DNA of 64,000 nt from Tubulanus polymorphus (taxonomy: Eukaryota > Animalia > Nemertea): assembly GCF_964204645.1 (NCBI RefSeq), contig NC_134032.1, positions 14,000,275 to 14,064,274 of the forward strand. Reading direction: 5' to 3'. Each line of letters starts with the position of its first letter. The stretch's first letter is position 1. The notes under the pieces are model-generated. The model was not told the DNA's origin. It saw nothing but the letters and a program-made list of their open reading frames with translations, and did no database searches. Below, piece after piece: positions 1 through 12,000 of this stretch. The position numbers were made by a program, and so were the translations under genes.

Positions 1-748
1 TCTGTCGTGTTCATTTCTATCTGACAGCCAATGTATTTCATACCGGGAACAAAGTCATAAAAATTCTCCTGTTCGTTTTATTGAATAACGTTACGGAATC
101 AAAACAATATCTATAACGAAGCATCCGTCACTTAGAACTCATTTATTACGTATATTGATACCTACGTGTGCTACTGAACATAAAATAACAAAACTAAAAT
201 TAATTCTCTTTTTTTCTTTCATGGCATCAGTGCAAACAAATAACAACAACAACAACGAAAGAAGTAAGTTTTGGCCATGTTTTTAGTTTTCGCTCATCGC
301 TGACATTACTGATATCTTTCCTCGCAGTCTTAAATCGGCTCCACTCAATTTCTCTCATGAAATGTTTTCCATGTTCGAACTACACGTGATCATGAACTTG
401 AAAAATGATTAAATCTAAATGTTGCTCGTTTATTTTATAGGTCACCAGAAAGCGACAACGATCCGTCGATGAGGTCAGTTTGAATTCGTGTAGATTATTA
501 TCATTGTGGTTCAATATAGATTACGACTATCTGAAAGTTGAGATTTACTAAAGAAATGTGTATCAAAATTCTGAATGTTGATTTCAACTTTTTTAAAAAT
601 ATTTTACAGCAACCTGTAAGCCCGAAAATTCGGCGAGACGAGGTAAGTTTCAATTTCATTAAATCATTTTCGATATTGATGTTCAATATTGATAACCTTG
701 ATAGCCCTGTTTCATCTGTATATCAATGATCAGCGTGCAGCACAAACA

Positions 749-1502
749 CAGGGGCGGATCTAGGCCCAAATTCAAGGGGTAGCACTCATTCAAGAGGGCA
801 CCTGCCCGGATTTGTATTACCACGGGGAGGTGAGCACCGAAGGTCGAAGCCACCAAGGGGTTTAGAATCAGTTTAAAATTTGAAGCCCAGCTATCAGAGC
901 ATCTGAGGCATCAAAATAGCAAAAAATACCCTTGTCTGAATTTTAGGCAATATCAAACCACTTTCAGTATTTATTGCAATTTGAATGTGCCTATTTTAGA
1001 ATGTGATAGTTATTTAGTCATTTTTGAGCCGACTATTTTTTGAGCCCTTTTCTGAATTTTTATGAACGTGCCCTTTTGGCAATACAATGTGCCTTTGGGA
1101 TTTTTTTTGGCAATTTGAACGTGCCGAGTCATTGAGTCGTGCCCTGTCAGAGCACCTCAGTACGGTAATATGATTGAATGCGCCCTCATTTTGGAGATTA
1201 ATTCTGCCCATAGCAGGATTTTTCAAACTATTTTTGGGGCCCTTTTCTGAATTTTTGGCAAATTGCCCTTTTTCGCAACATAACATGCCCTTTTTCGCTA
1301 TATAACGTGCCATTTTTTGCAATATAACGTGCCCTTTTTGGCAATAATTCAAATTCAAATTTATTTCATAGGTCCGGACGTCGGATTTTGCGGGCGCTGT
1401 AGCGGGCCGACGGTATTTTCATGAGAATCTTTTTGAAAAAGGCACTTGACAAATTCAAGGGGTCGCACGTGCAGCAGGTGCGACCCCCTGTATCCGCCCC
1501 TG
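749..1502. mobile_element. Non-autonomous DNA transposon (hAT-like CAGGGGCGGA termini)
   Basis: Inverted termini CAGGGGCGGATC / TATCCGCCCCTG; internal degenerate TGCCCTTTT repeats; related ends near 5840, 6180, 20870 and 43330; no target duplication seen. Confidence 0.6.
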
Positions 1503-1991
1503 GATAGATGCCCTATATATGACTGAGCTAATAGGACAGACTTGACTGCCCTGTTTTCTGTTTTACGAGAGTATGAACAGGTATTGCAGAAAAAGTAGCT
1601 ATCCCACAAGATAAGATAAGCGTGTGTTATTACTTCTCAGCTACAAGATTTGTATCATTCTAGCCGGCCCAACGTTTTTAATCAAAGTTTTCGGCAGAAA
1701 AATGCGACGCAAACACAAAAAGGTAATGTGGATAAAGAACAGTCCTATTGAAGGGATCAATCTTAACACAGAAGGATCAATCTAACAGAAGGAATTGATC
1801 TATCGCCATAAAGAAATTCCCGCTTCCAAAGAAGTCAGTCTAACATAAACTTCCAGCGACACATAAACGACAGGTAATGTGTAGGAAAAAAAGGGGACAT
1901 CAGTCTTACCAGAGAAATCAGTTTTATTTAAGATTTTGCTTTCAATCAAAGATCAGTCTTACCAAAGGAAACACTGGAAATTGATCTCATC

Positions 1992-4100
1992 AAAGGAATA
2001 GATCCCACTGCAAGAACTGGTCTTTCCAGAGAAATGGATTTTTACCAAGGAAAAGATCGCACTGCAAGAATTGGTCTTTCCAGAAAAATGGAGTTTACCA
2101 AGGAATACATCGCACTGCAAGAATTGGTCTTTCCAGAGAAATGGATTTTACCAAGGAATAGATCGCACTGCAAGAATTGGTCTTTCCAGAGAAATTGATT
2201 TTACCAAGGAAAAGATCGCACTGCAAGAATAGGTCTTTCCAGAGAAATGGATTTTTACCAAGGAATAGATCCCACTGCAAGAACTGGTCTTACCAGAGAA
2301 ATGGATTTTACCAAGGAATAGATCGCACTGCAAGAATTGGTCTTTCCAGAGAAATGGATTTTACCATGGAATAGATTGCACTGCAAGAATTGGTCTTTCC
2401 AGAGAAATGGATTTTTACCAAGAAATAGATCGCACTGCAAGAATTGGTCTTTCCAGAGAAATTGATTTTACCAAGGAAAAGATCGCACTGCAAGAATAGG
2501 TCTTTCCAGAGAAATGGATTTTTACCAAGGAATAGATCGCACTGCAAGAATTGGTCTTTCCAGAGAAATGGATTTTACCATGGAATAGATCGCACTGCAA
2601 GAATTCGTTTTACCAGAGAAATGGATTTTACCAAGGAATAGATCGCACTGCAAGAATTGGTCTTTCCAGAGAAATGGATTTTACCATGGAAAAGATCGCA
2701 CTGCAAGAATTCGTTTTACCAGAGAAATGGATTTTACCAAGGAATAGATCGCACTGCAAGAATTGGTCTTTCCAGAGAAATGGATTTTACCATGGAATAG
2801 ATTGCACTGCAAGAATTGGTCTTTCCAGAGAAATGGATTTTTACCAAGAAATAGATCGCACTGCAAGAATTGGTCTTTCCAGAGAAATGGATTTTTACCA
2901 AGGAATAGATCGCACTGCAAGAATTGGTCTTTCCGGAGAAATGGATTTTACCAAGGAACAGATCGCACTGCAAGAACTGGTCTTACCAGAGAAATGGATT
3001 TTACCAAGTAACAGATCGCACTGCAAGAATTGGTCTTACCAGAGAAATGGATTTTTACCAAGGAATAGATCGCACTGCAAGAATTGGTCTTTCCGGAGAA
3101 ATGGATTTTACCAAGGAACAGATCGCACTGCAAGAACTGGTCTTACCAGAGAAATGGATTTTACCAAGTAACAGATCGCACTGCAAGAATTGGTCTTACC
3201 AGAGAAATGGATTTTTACCAAGGAATAGATCGCACTGCAAGAACTGGTCTTACCAGAGAAATGGATTTTACCAAGGAACAGATCGCACTGCAAGAATTGG
3301 TCTTACCAGAGAAATGGATTTTTACCAAGGAATAGATCGCACTGCAAGAATTTGTCTTACCAGAGAAATGGATTTTACCAAGGAACAGATTGCACTGCAA
3401 GAATTGGTCTTACCAGATAAATGGATTTTACCAAGGAACAGATCGCACTGCAAGAATTGGTCTTACCAGAGAAATGGATTTTACCAAGGAATAGATCGCA
3501 CTGCAAGAATTGGTCTTACCAGATAAATGGATTTTACCAAGGAACAGATCGCACTGCAAGAATTGGTCTTACCAGAGAAATGGATTTTACCAAGGAATAG
3601 ATCGCACTGCAAGAATTGGTCTTACCAGAGAAATGGATTTTACCAAGGAATAGATCGCACTGCAAGAATTGGTCTTACCAGAGAAATGGATTTTACCAAG
3701 GAACAGATCGCACTGCAAGAATTGGTCTTACCAGAGAAATGGATTTTACCAAGGAATAGATCGCACTGCAAGAATTGGTCTTACCAGAGAAATGGATTTT
3801 ACCAAGGAATAGATCGCACTGCAAGAATTCGTTTTACCAGAGAAATGGATTTTACCAAGGAACAGATCGCACTGCAAGAATTGGTCTTACCAGATAAATG
3901 GATTTTACCAAGGAACAGATCGCACTGCAAGAATTGGTCTTACCAGAGAAATGGATTTTACCAAGGAACAGATTGCACTGCAAGAATTGGTCTTACCAGA
4001 GAAATGGATTTTACCAAGGAATAGATCGCACTGCAAGAATTCGTTTTACCAGAGAAATAGATTTTACCAAGGAACAGATCGCACTGCAAGAATTGGTCTT
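1992..4100. repeat. 53/54-bp minisatellite, about 39 copies
   Basis: Unit ACCAAGGAATAGATCGCACTGCAAGAATTGGTCTTTCCAGAGAAATGGATTTT. Confidence 0.95.
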
Positions 4101-4685
4101 GAACTTGTTTTTTACTAAAGAAATTTATCGATCTTAACGAAGAAATTGCTCTTATTCAAAGGAAAGATTTGGTCTTACCAAAGGAATCTGTCGATCTTAA
4201 TTGCTGCCCAGAAGTTATCAAAGGAATCAATCTTACAGAACGAATCAATCTTACTAGAGGAATCAACTCAAAGGCATTCTGTATTGTAGAACTCAACAGT
4301 GGAATTTATGTCCACAACGGTGGAACTGGATCAAGGATAGTTTTGTTGAAAAATTCTTGAAGGACACGAAAAACAACTTTTTTTCTAATCAGCTACCTAG
4401 GATTCACATATTTTTTTACCTTAAAATTCAGGGGCCGTTTTATACACGTGTGTTTAGTTTAATTGGAAAACTCTTTAAATCAAAAACATTTTGCGTCAGG
4501 CCCTGTATCTACCAGTCTTAACACACAGAAGAAAATTAAAAAATGGTGGAGATAATGAATAGCTTAGCTGCTTAGCTAGATTTAGCCTGGAAGCTTTATT
4601 GATTTTCTACCCCTAGCTACGTATAAAGCTCGAGTCTAAATTCAAAACTTCATTTCAAAGACTTGGTTAGGCCTAGTTTAAAAAC

Positions 4686-5229
4686 AAAATGGCCGCCGGG
4701 CTGAAGAGGTAGGAGGTAGGGAGAGGAGATCGCCGCCGACGGGGCTTTGTTTCTTCAGTTTTCTTCTGCCGTTCGTTCGACCATCTCATTTTCAACCAGT
4801 CACTGCTGTGATGATATTCTCCTGCAGAAATTTGAGATCTCAAAAAGATCGACCTCAAAAATATCGGCGACGATCAGGATTGAGGAGACTGGGAGCGGGA
4901 TGGATGCGGAAAGTTGGAATATCATGCTTACATAAAAAGTTGACGATCAGAATCTATGTCTGCGCCGACCAAACGATCTCTTCTGTGATATTGGCCGCAA
5001 TATCTACCGCTAAACGATCCGATTTAACGGATGTTGAGTGATTTAAATCGGAAAAATATCGCCATCACGTTTACTCGTCTTCCTCGATATGCGTGTATGC
5101 TAATGCGCGCAACGTGCGAGCCAATCACCGTGACGGAAACAATAGGAGTCCAATCAGTGAAACGGAGACGAAGGATCCATCCAATCACCGTAGAGACAAT
5201 GAGACGCCGGACCACGTGGTGTGTTTGAA
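4686..5229. promoter_or_regulatory. CpG-rich promoter-like region of an unidentified transcript
   Basis: Three CCAAT boxes at 5121, 5150 and 5181; palindromic ACCACGTGGT at 5211-5220; TTTGAA (CHR-like) at 5224-5229; YY1-like AAAATGGCCGCC at 4686-4697. Confidence 0.55.
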
Positions 5230-7209
5230 TCAGCTGAGTTTTTGGAAAGCACGGGATCGATATTGGACCGAACCGACGAAATGATATATCAGTATCAATT
5301 TCTACTGAAATATCAATTTAATTCTCAAAAAGAGAGTATAATATCAATTTGTTACGTAATTTGTAATTTCAGTATCGGTTTTAACCACTGGGGGTTCAAG
5401 TTCGGGAGAGACTAAGAATTGATCGACATTGAAGACCCTCCAAACTGGCATCTTTAGCCCTGATGGGCTTCATTGTTTCCATTCATTAGCATTAGTATCA
5501 TTAGCCATATAAATGTTGGTTAAATCATGGTGGCGAAATTTAGGTATTGTAGATGTTATCGTCACGTAGTGAATCTTTTAGAAAAAAATGCCCTATTTTG
5601 TAAGGCTGAAAAAATTCGAAATGAATTTACAAACTTTTCAAATGTTTTATCAGGCAAAATTGCTCGAGCGTACGCCTCCAAACAATATTAGTTTTCTCAA
5701 TCGTGCACATTGAGTTAAAGCAAATCGTTCAAAATGACGTTTACCGTGTGCATCGGGGTTAGTTGCTATAACGTGCCTCTTTTTGAAAAAAGTTCCCATT
5801 TTTCTATGGTGAGGCAGTCATTCAAAATTGGACCCTGGATCCGCCTCTGCATGGTATTAGAATGTTGAGAGTTTAATGAATAACTAGCTAAAAGACCGTT
5901 AGCGCTATGCTTGCCACCCTTGGCTTCTGGCCAAGCCTTGAATAGCGTCAGAGCCGTAGGTCACCAGTCCTAACAATATCTATAAAATTGTTTCAACCCC
6001 CTGGATTTGTGCCTTGTTAGGTCAGATATCGGGTCCATTTTTATTACTTATCTTTTACAATGATCTTTCTAATTCCAGCTTCTTCGATCGCCTATCCCAT
6101 CGTTTCAGGGCCAACGGCTAGACTGATCTTCTGGCGCTTTTGTCACAGCCCGAGGATACACTCATTTGGGAACTCAACAGAGGTGGATCCAGGATTTCCA
6201 AAGAGGGAAGGAATGCTCTGCAGGTCATACCTCAAGAAATCTTTAAAAGTTATCTCATCAACAGCAGAACACATCCCCTGTAGGCGAGGGTTTTTTTCTG
6301 AAAGGTCATTAGACCCGACTACCGAATGAGTCGACAGATGACTGCGTTCAAGAGACGACCGAATATTGACGAACGAATCCCAAAACATATTTATGAATTA
6401 TCTTCTATATTTATTTATCTAGAAATTTACAAAATAAACAATTTTTTTTGCAACGAAACATTTTCATGTTTGTGCTCGGTGTATAATATTCATTCATATC
6501 AAAATTCTTCTCCAAGCATTTAATCGTAATAATAATAATAATAATTATAATAATAATAATATTAATATATCTATAACAATAATAATAATGAGATTACATA
6601 CTACATTGTTTTGTAGGAGCCTTTTTATTCATCGTCGCTTACATCATTGAAAATATTTGAAATTAAAATTCGATTACTCATCCAGACTCAAACTTGAGCC
6701 ATTCCATTACAACTACCAGGTCAATATCAACACACATCTATCTCAAAAAAGAGCTAACAAGATGAAGAAATATTTTCAGGAACAGTCGAATAAAACATGA
6801 TAGAAAATATGACTCAGAAATTAACAAGGTTTTCAAATCCCTGCGAGCAGTGCTGCCAACCTTTGAAAAGTGCTATCAGTAACGAATTTTTTCCAGTAAC
6901 ATTACATCGAAAGAAAATGTTCAAATTAATCAGTAATTAACAGTAAGACCCTCAGTAACATTTTTCATAATTCTCATATGCATCAAACAAATCAAATCAG
7001 CATTTCCTGTTCCCGTTAAAAGAGTAACAAATACTGAAAATCAGGAACTGTTTTCATATTTCTGTACAAATCCATCCTCCCCCCAAGGATACCGATGAAA
7101 ACTTGCGGCACCAATCAGATTGCTCTAATCGCCGATGTAAACTTTACAGAAAAATTAAATTAGTAAATGGGAAAACCCAGGCTAAAATAGGATTCTTGAT
7201 AGAAGTGGC

Positions 7210-7388
7210 TAATACAGCGGAATCCGCTGTATTTGAATCGTACATTTGGATCAACTGAATTCACCCAGTTAACAGGAAATCTGGATTTAAAGTAATTTTC
7301 TTGTATATTTATGACTAAATGGACTGCAATTGTCCGCATTAGACCAAAATCCGGATTCAGCCGATCTGGATTAAGCGGGTATGACTGT
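7210..7388. mobile_element. Tc1/mariner/pogo-type MITE end fragment
   Basis: Ends in GGATTAAGCGGGTATGACTG followed by TA; subterminal AATCCG/CGGATT repeats; left boundary approximate. Confidence 0.4.
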
Positions 7389-7429
7389 AATTAGTGATGA
7401 CATCATCTAAGCCGCGCACTCAGCCTTGT

Positions 7430-7505
7430 GTGGCAGGGTTTCGTACCGTGGCAATCTTGATGCCATCGGGTTCAAAACCCTGTCGAGGGAGGATGAGTAC
7501 AAGTC
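7430..7505 (+). mobile_element. tRNA-derived SINE-like fragment
   Basis: B-box-like GGGTTCAAAACCC; homologous to 34205-34263 (minus) and more weakly to about 11870-11925. Confidence 0.45.
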
Positions 7506-7621
7506 GAATCAGTTCACACAGGGCTGTCGGGCGAGGTGACGAATGGCTATTTCAACGATTTATGAAAAATGCCTCTTAGATCAAGATTTGCTCAAAATTA
7601 CTCTTATCCTGATACAGTACA

Positions 7622-7756
7622 GTGGTACTGGATCCAGAACTGTGGTACTGGGTTTAGAACTGTGGTACTGGATTCAGGACTGTGGAACTGGATCCAGAAC
7701 TGTGGAACTGGATCCAGAACTGTGGAACTGGCTTCAGAACTGTGGAACTGGATCCT
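7622..7756. repeat. 20-bp tandem repeat, about 6.5 copies
   Basis: Unit GTGGAACTGGATCCAGAACT. Confidence 0.9.
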
Positions 7757-8304
7757 GATAAAAAGACATCACTCAGATATACTTTTAAACTTAAAATAAA
7801 CACATATTACAAGTTACCCTAAATATCATTTAATGCTTTCTGTCTATCCATAAAATGCCACTGAGGAGTACCAGCTCTTGAGTACTCGATCTTGAGTACC
7901 TGCTCATGAGTACCCAGTCACGAATACAATGAGAATCATTATCTATACTAATATCTTAATCTAAAATACTCATCATCGATAAGAGCAAGAGAAAAATATT
8001 CAATCTGGATTTAAGCACAAAATATATTATTACCATTATATTATATATTATTGTTATAACATTCAAATTCAATGATTTAAATCTTAAAAAGCCTCGAACG
8101 TTCTTTCTCCTGATCTTGAAACATATTTAAACCAAGACTCAACTAGTTAAATTCTAAAAATCTATCGAGATCCTCTCTATTTGTTAGTATCCCGCTGTGT
8201 TAAAGTTCGGTGGTATCCCAGTTTGCTTCCGATTTAATTTTACAAATCGAAAAAACACAGGTAAGTACTTCTAAAAACAATTTCTAGGATTTTGAGGATT
8301 CTAT

Positions 8305-8728
8305 CAAGGTTCCTACAATTCCTGGTATCCAGAATTCAAGGACTTTTCAAGGAATTTTCAAGGAGTAATTTTCAAAATTCAAGGAGGTTTTCGCGGTCAT
8401 ATATAAGGAAAAAAAGTCGAAAATTCAAAAACAAAATCCATGTTTTTCTCAAATTTTGATCAGTTGTTGTGTGTGCCGTTTTGGTTTTACATGTTTAAAT
8501 GTTTTAAATCTCAAAGTGAAACAACTTTCACTCACAAGTCACACAATGAAGAATAATAGAATACACTGTCTTCTGAAAAGGACCTTTTGAAAATTTTTAA
8601 TAGGACTTTCCCAGAATTTAAGGAGTTTCAAGGAATTTATGGATATTTCTCAAAATTAAAGGATTTTCAAGGACCTTGAAAAATATATCAAGGGGTTTTC
8701 AAGGATTCAAGGAGTTGTAGGGACCCTG
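8305..8728. mobile_element. MITE with 5-bp target duplication (hAT5-like), downstream of the E2F stop
   Basis: Termini CAAGGTTCCTACAATTCCTGG / CAAGGAGTTGTAGGGACCCTG; TCTAT on both sides; internal TTCAAGGA repeats. Confidence 0.7.
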
Positions 8729-8827
8729 TCTATACAGTGTTCGACAATTTTTATGAATTTTTCATCAAAGTTTTTAGCGTTAGTCGTGAAAATATACAAC
8801 AATAAAAACATATATATCGATGCGACT

Positions 8828-9045
8828 TCAGAAACTCAAGTCATACGCGTCGAACAAATCGGAGAGTCCTTCCGAATAATCGAGACTAAACGTGTAATCC
8901 TCATCGCATATAGGTGGCTCTAGTTGTAAAAACGGAGCGGGTACGTCGTCCGAATGTTGATCTTCCGTTTTCAGGAAGAGATTGCGATCGTTTTCCGGCG
9001 ATATATCCTGCTGTTCGAGCAACGCGTTACGCAATGCCGGGTCAT
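8828..9045 (-). CDS. E2F3: E2F exon 7 (transactivation / pocket-protein binding, stop)
   Basis: [19 protein letters not shown] motif, then TGA; acceptor TTTCAG, phase 1. Confidence 0.93.
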
Positions 9046-12000
9046 CTGAAAACAAGAAAAAATGGCGATGATAAATTATTTTTTGAAATGAAGTTCGTTA
9101 AGAGCTTTCCAGTTCGCTGGCCACCCTGTCCAAAAAATGATATTTTCCTCGTACTTCAGCTATTCCCAAGACCCAGTAGCTGTGAGTACAGGGCTGCCAA
9201 CCTCTAAGAAGTGCTATCCAGTAACAAATTGAATTTTTTTCAGTAACATTTCACTGAAATATGAAAGAAAATCCTGGCCCGTTTAAATAATTAATTGCAA
9301 TCTGTATCAAAAGATGGCAGCACCTGTCATACAGTAGAATTTACAACTAACTTTGATGTACTAAACCAGTTATTCAACGCATGGGGTGTAATATTTTAAA
9401 ATTTTCGAATCATCTCCAGCTGTTGCGGGTATTAATTAGTCAGCACTGAAAGGGTTAAGATTTGACTATGCAGTCAAAGAAATTGAACTTGTGAATCAAC
9501 CAGGATTTCATCTCTATGATCAAATCTTAACCAACAATTGTGGTACTGAATAAGAGAAGTCGAGGGAGTTAGTTTTAAAGTTGATGTATAAAAAAAACTC
9601 AACCCTCAGGGAACTAAAAACACAGACTGGGTCCTGTTTGAGGGAAAGATCAACAACTTACTCAGATAACTGTCCCTGGAATCGTCGGAACTGAGTGAAT
9701 CGTTTAAATACGAACGGTTGTGATTGTTGACAGCAGACGGAGACTCTTCGGGACATAAATAAACTTCGATCGGTCCTTTATTACTCTTCAACCAGATTTG
9801 CATAGTCTGCAGGACAAAATATAATCACATTTCGAACTTGTATCTTTAAAACAGCTTTCTAGATTAAAAGATCAGCAGCCTAGAGCTACCCCTTCAGCAG
9901 CATCCTTGCTTGCCAGGGTCTGATGCCGCCTGCCGGAGCTCACGCCAACACAAACCCTGGCCGCAAACCCTTCATTGGTTTCTTGTATTAAAGCCCACGA
10001 TTTCTTGGTCAGACAGGTTAACGCTCAGCGCCGACCAGTCAGCCAATCTGGACGTATAGGATGGCTAGACGTATAGACTGGTGACCGCTGAGCGTTAACC
10101 TGTCCGCCCAAGAAATTTTCTAGTGGGATGCTGCAGGATTAACTCAGGATGAAGGGGTTCAGCTTCCAGACAGATGATTAATTTTCAATATGTATATTGT
10201 AGTATTCCTTACCTCGGAAGGATCGGGGACTTCTAATTTTGTCTCAGGTGGCGCTTTTATTGCTATGACAGTATCGTCCTCGAAACTGGTGATATCTCTG
10301 ATATCCTGATAGGTAACGTACGCGCACCTGGCGTTATCCGCATTTTCAGTCATCAGTTTTAACTGCCGCGTACAATTACGTATCATATCATCCAAACTGT
10401 TCTCTTTAGCGTCCAATTTGGCAATTTCTGAGGAGACGGCGAAAAAAACATGAACATTTCAAATATTTTTTCTTTTAATGGATCAGGGAATACAAAATGG
10501 TATTTCCCAGTGTGACAGGGTGTATAACAACAGCGTTCCTACTAGCTCAGCTAGCGGGAATATACCCTTTGGCTCAGCGGTAGAGCGTCTGCCTTGGACG
10601 CCAGGCATCGAGAGTTCGAATCTCGGGAAGGACAGATATTTCTTCCTGTTACACCAGTTCCTTGAACATTAAATTCCCCGATAGAATTATAAGATATTCT
10701 CAGTGGGGTCTGTTTCTTATCGAGAGTTCCCTGTTGTCGGTCATCAACAACAAGACACCAAAAATTCTAATTCCATGATTAAATTATATAACATCCTGCG
10801 GTGAGAAGTTTGGGATTCTTGGATTTTTGGAGATTTCTTTGTCTAATCGAGAATGTTAGTTTTAACAATTCAAATTCTGGCACAAATGGATTATGAATCC
10901 CATATGGAGAAATGGCAATTTTACCAAATTTCTCAGTTATGTTTTACCGTAAGTATAGATTCAGTTGAAATAAAATTACTGGTATTGTTTTCTTTTTTGT
11001 TGAAAATTGTTAACTTACGAGACAAGATGGACTTCTGATTAGAATCTTGGTTTTCACTGCCAGGAGTGGCTCCTCTGCAAGACAAGAATAAATAAATACA
11101 TTTCAATTACAATCATCCTTCTCCCTCTCCATCTTCCTCCTTCTCCGTCCACCTCTTACATTAACCTATCAGATTCTTTTTCCTTCTCCCTCCCATCTCT
11201 CAAATTAACCATTCAGATTCACTTCCCTCTTTAACTGACATTGAAAAACTGCAACCGATAATTCCCTGATTCCACGTTTCTCTACACTTACATCCATTGA
11301 ATGTTATTTTTAGATTTTTTATTGATGAGACCGATCCCTTCGAGGACGTTCGTGATGTCGTAGATTCGACGTTTCTGAACGTCTAAACATTCGGCCGCGC
11401 GATTCAAATCCAACACCTGAAAAATAATCAGCGCACAATTAACCACTTTCAACGAAAGCTGGCTTTTTATCATTTTCATGCGGGTTCAAACAGGAGACTC
11501 TGTTTAACTTAGATAGTTATTACAGCATCTTTCTATTTGTGTTCTCCTCCATACAGTGGAATTCTAAAGGGGCTGCATTCAAGTTTTTTTGATCCCCCAA
11601 AAAGTACAGAAAGTTATGCTTATGATTTCAGTAAGGGTGTAATCTTCTATTTCTGGTGGGGGCAGCAAATATTTCAAAAGGGCTGGCTAATTTTCAGAAG
11701 GATGGACATAAAAAACCAAGGGGTGTCTGCCTCTCTAAAACCTGTTGTGGAGAACATTGTATAAATGAAATATATATCACCCAACTCATATCAGACTGAA
11801 GTTGGAGGACCATACTCCCTCACAGGGATTTGAAGGTGATGGCTTTGTGACCATTTAGGGAGGAGCATGGCAGAGTCTCATGATCACGATTTCATCAGGT
11901 TTGAATCCCTGCCACGAGGGAGTTAAACAAATGTTGTCCTCTAGGTTAAGCGAGTTCAATTTTTGTTAATCACTTAGATTATTAATTAGTAACAACTTAC

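Noticed and set aside
2095-4137. Many overlapping ORFs up to 206 aa
   Set aside because: Read-through of the 53/54-bp minisatellite on both strands, with frameshifting unit lengths.
10565-10630. Second functional tRNA gene
   Set aside because: A and B boxes are present but acceptor and T stems are incomplete and the loop is non-canonical; it lies inside an LTR-like element.
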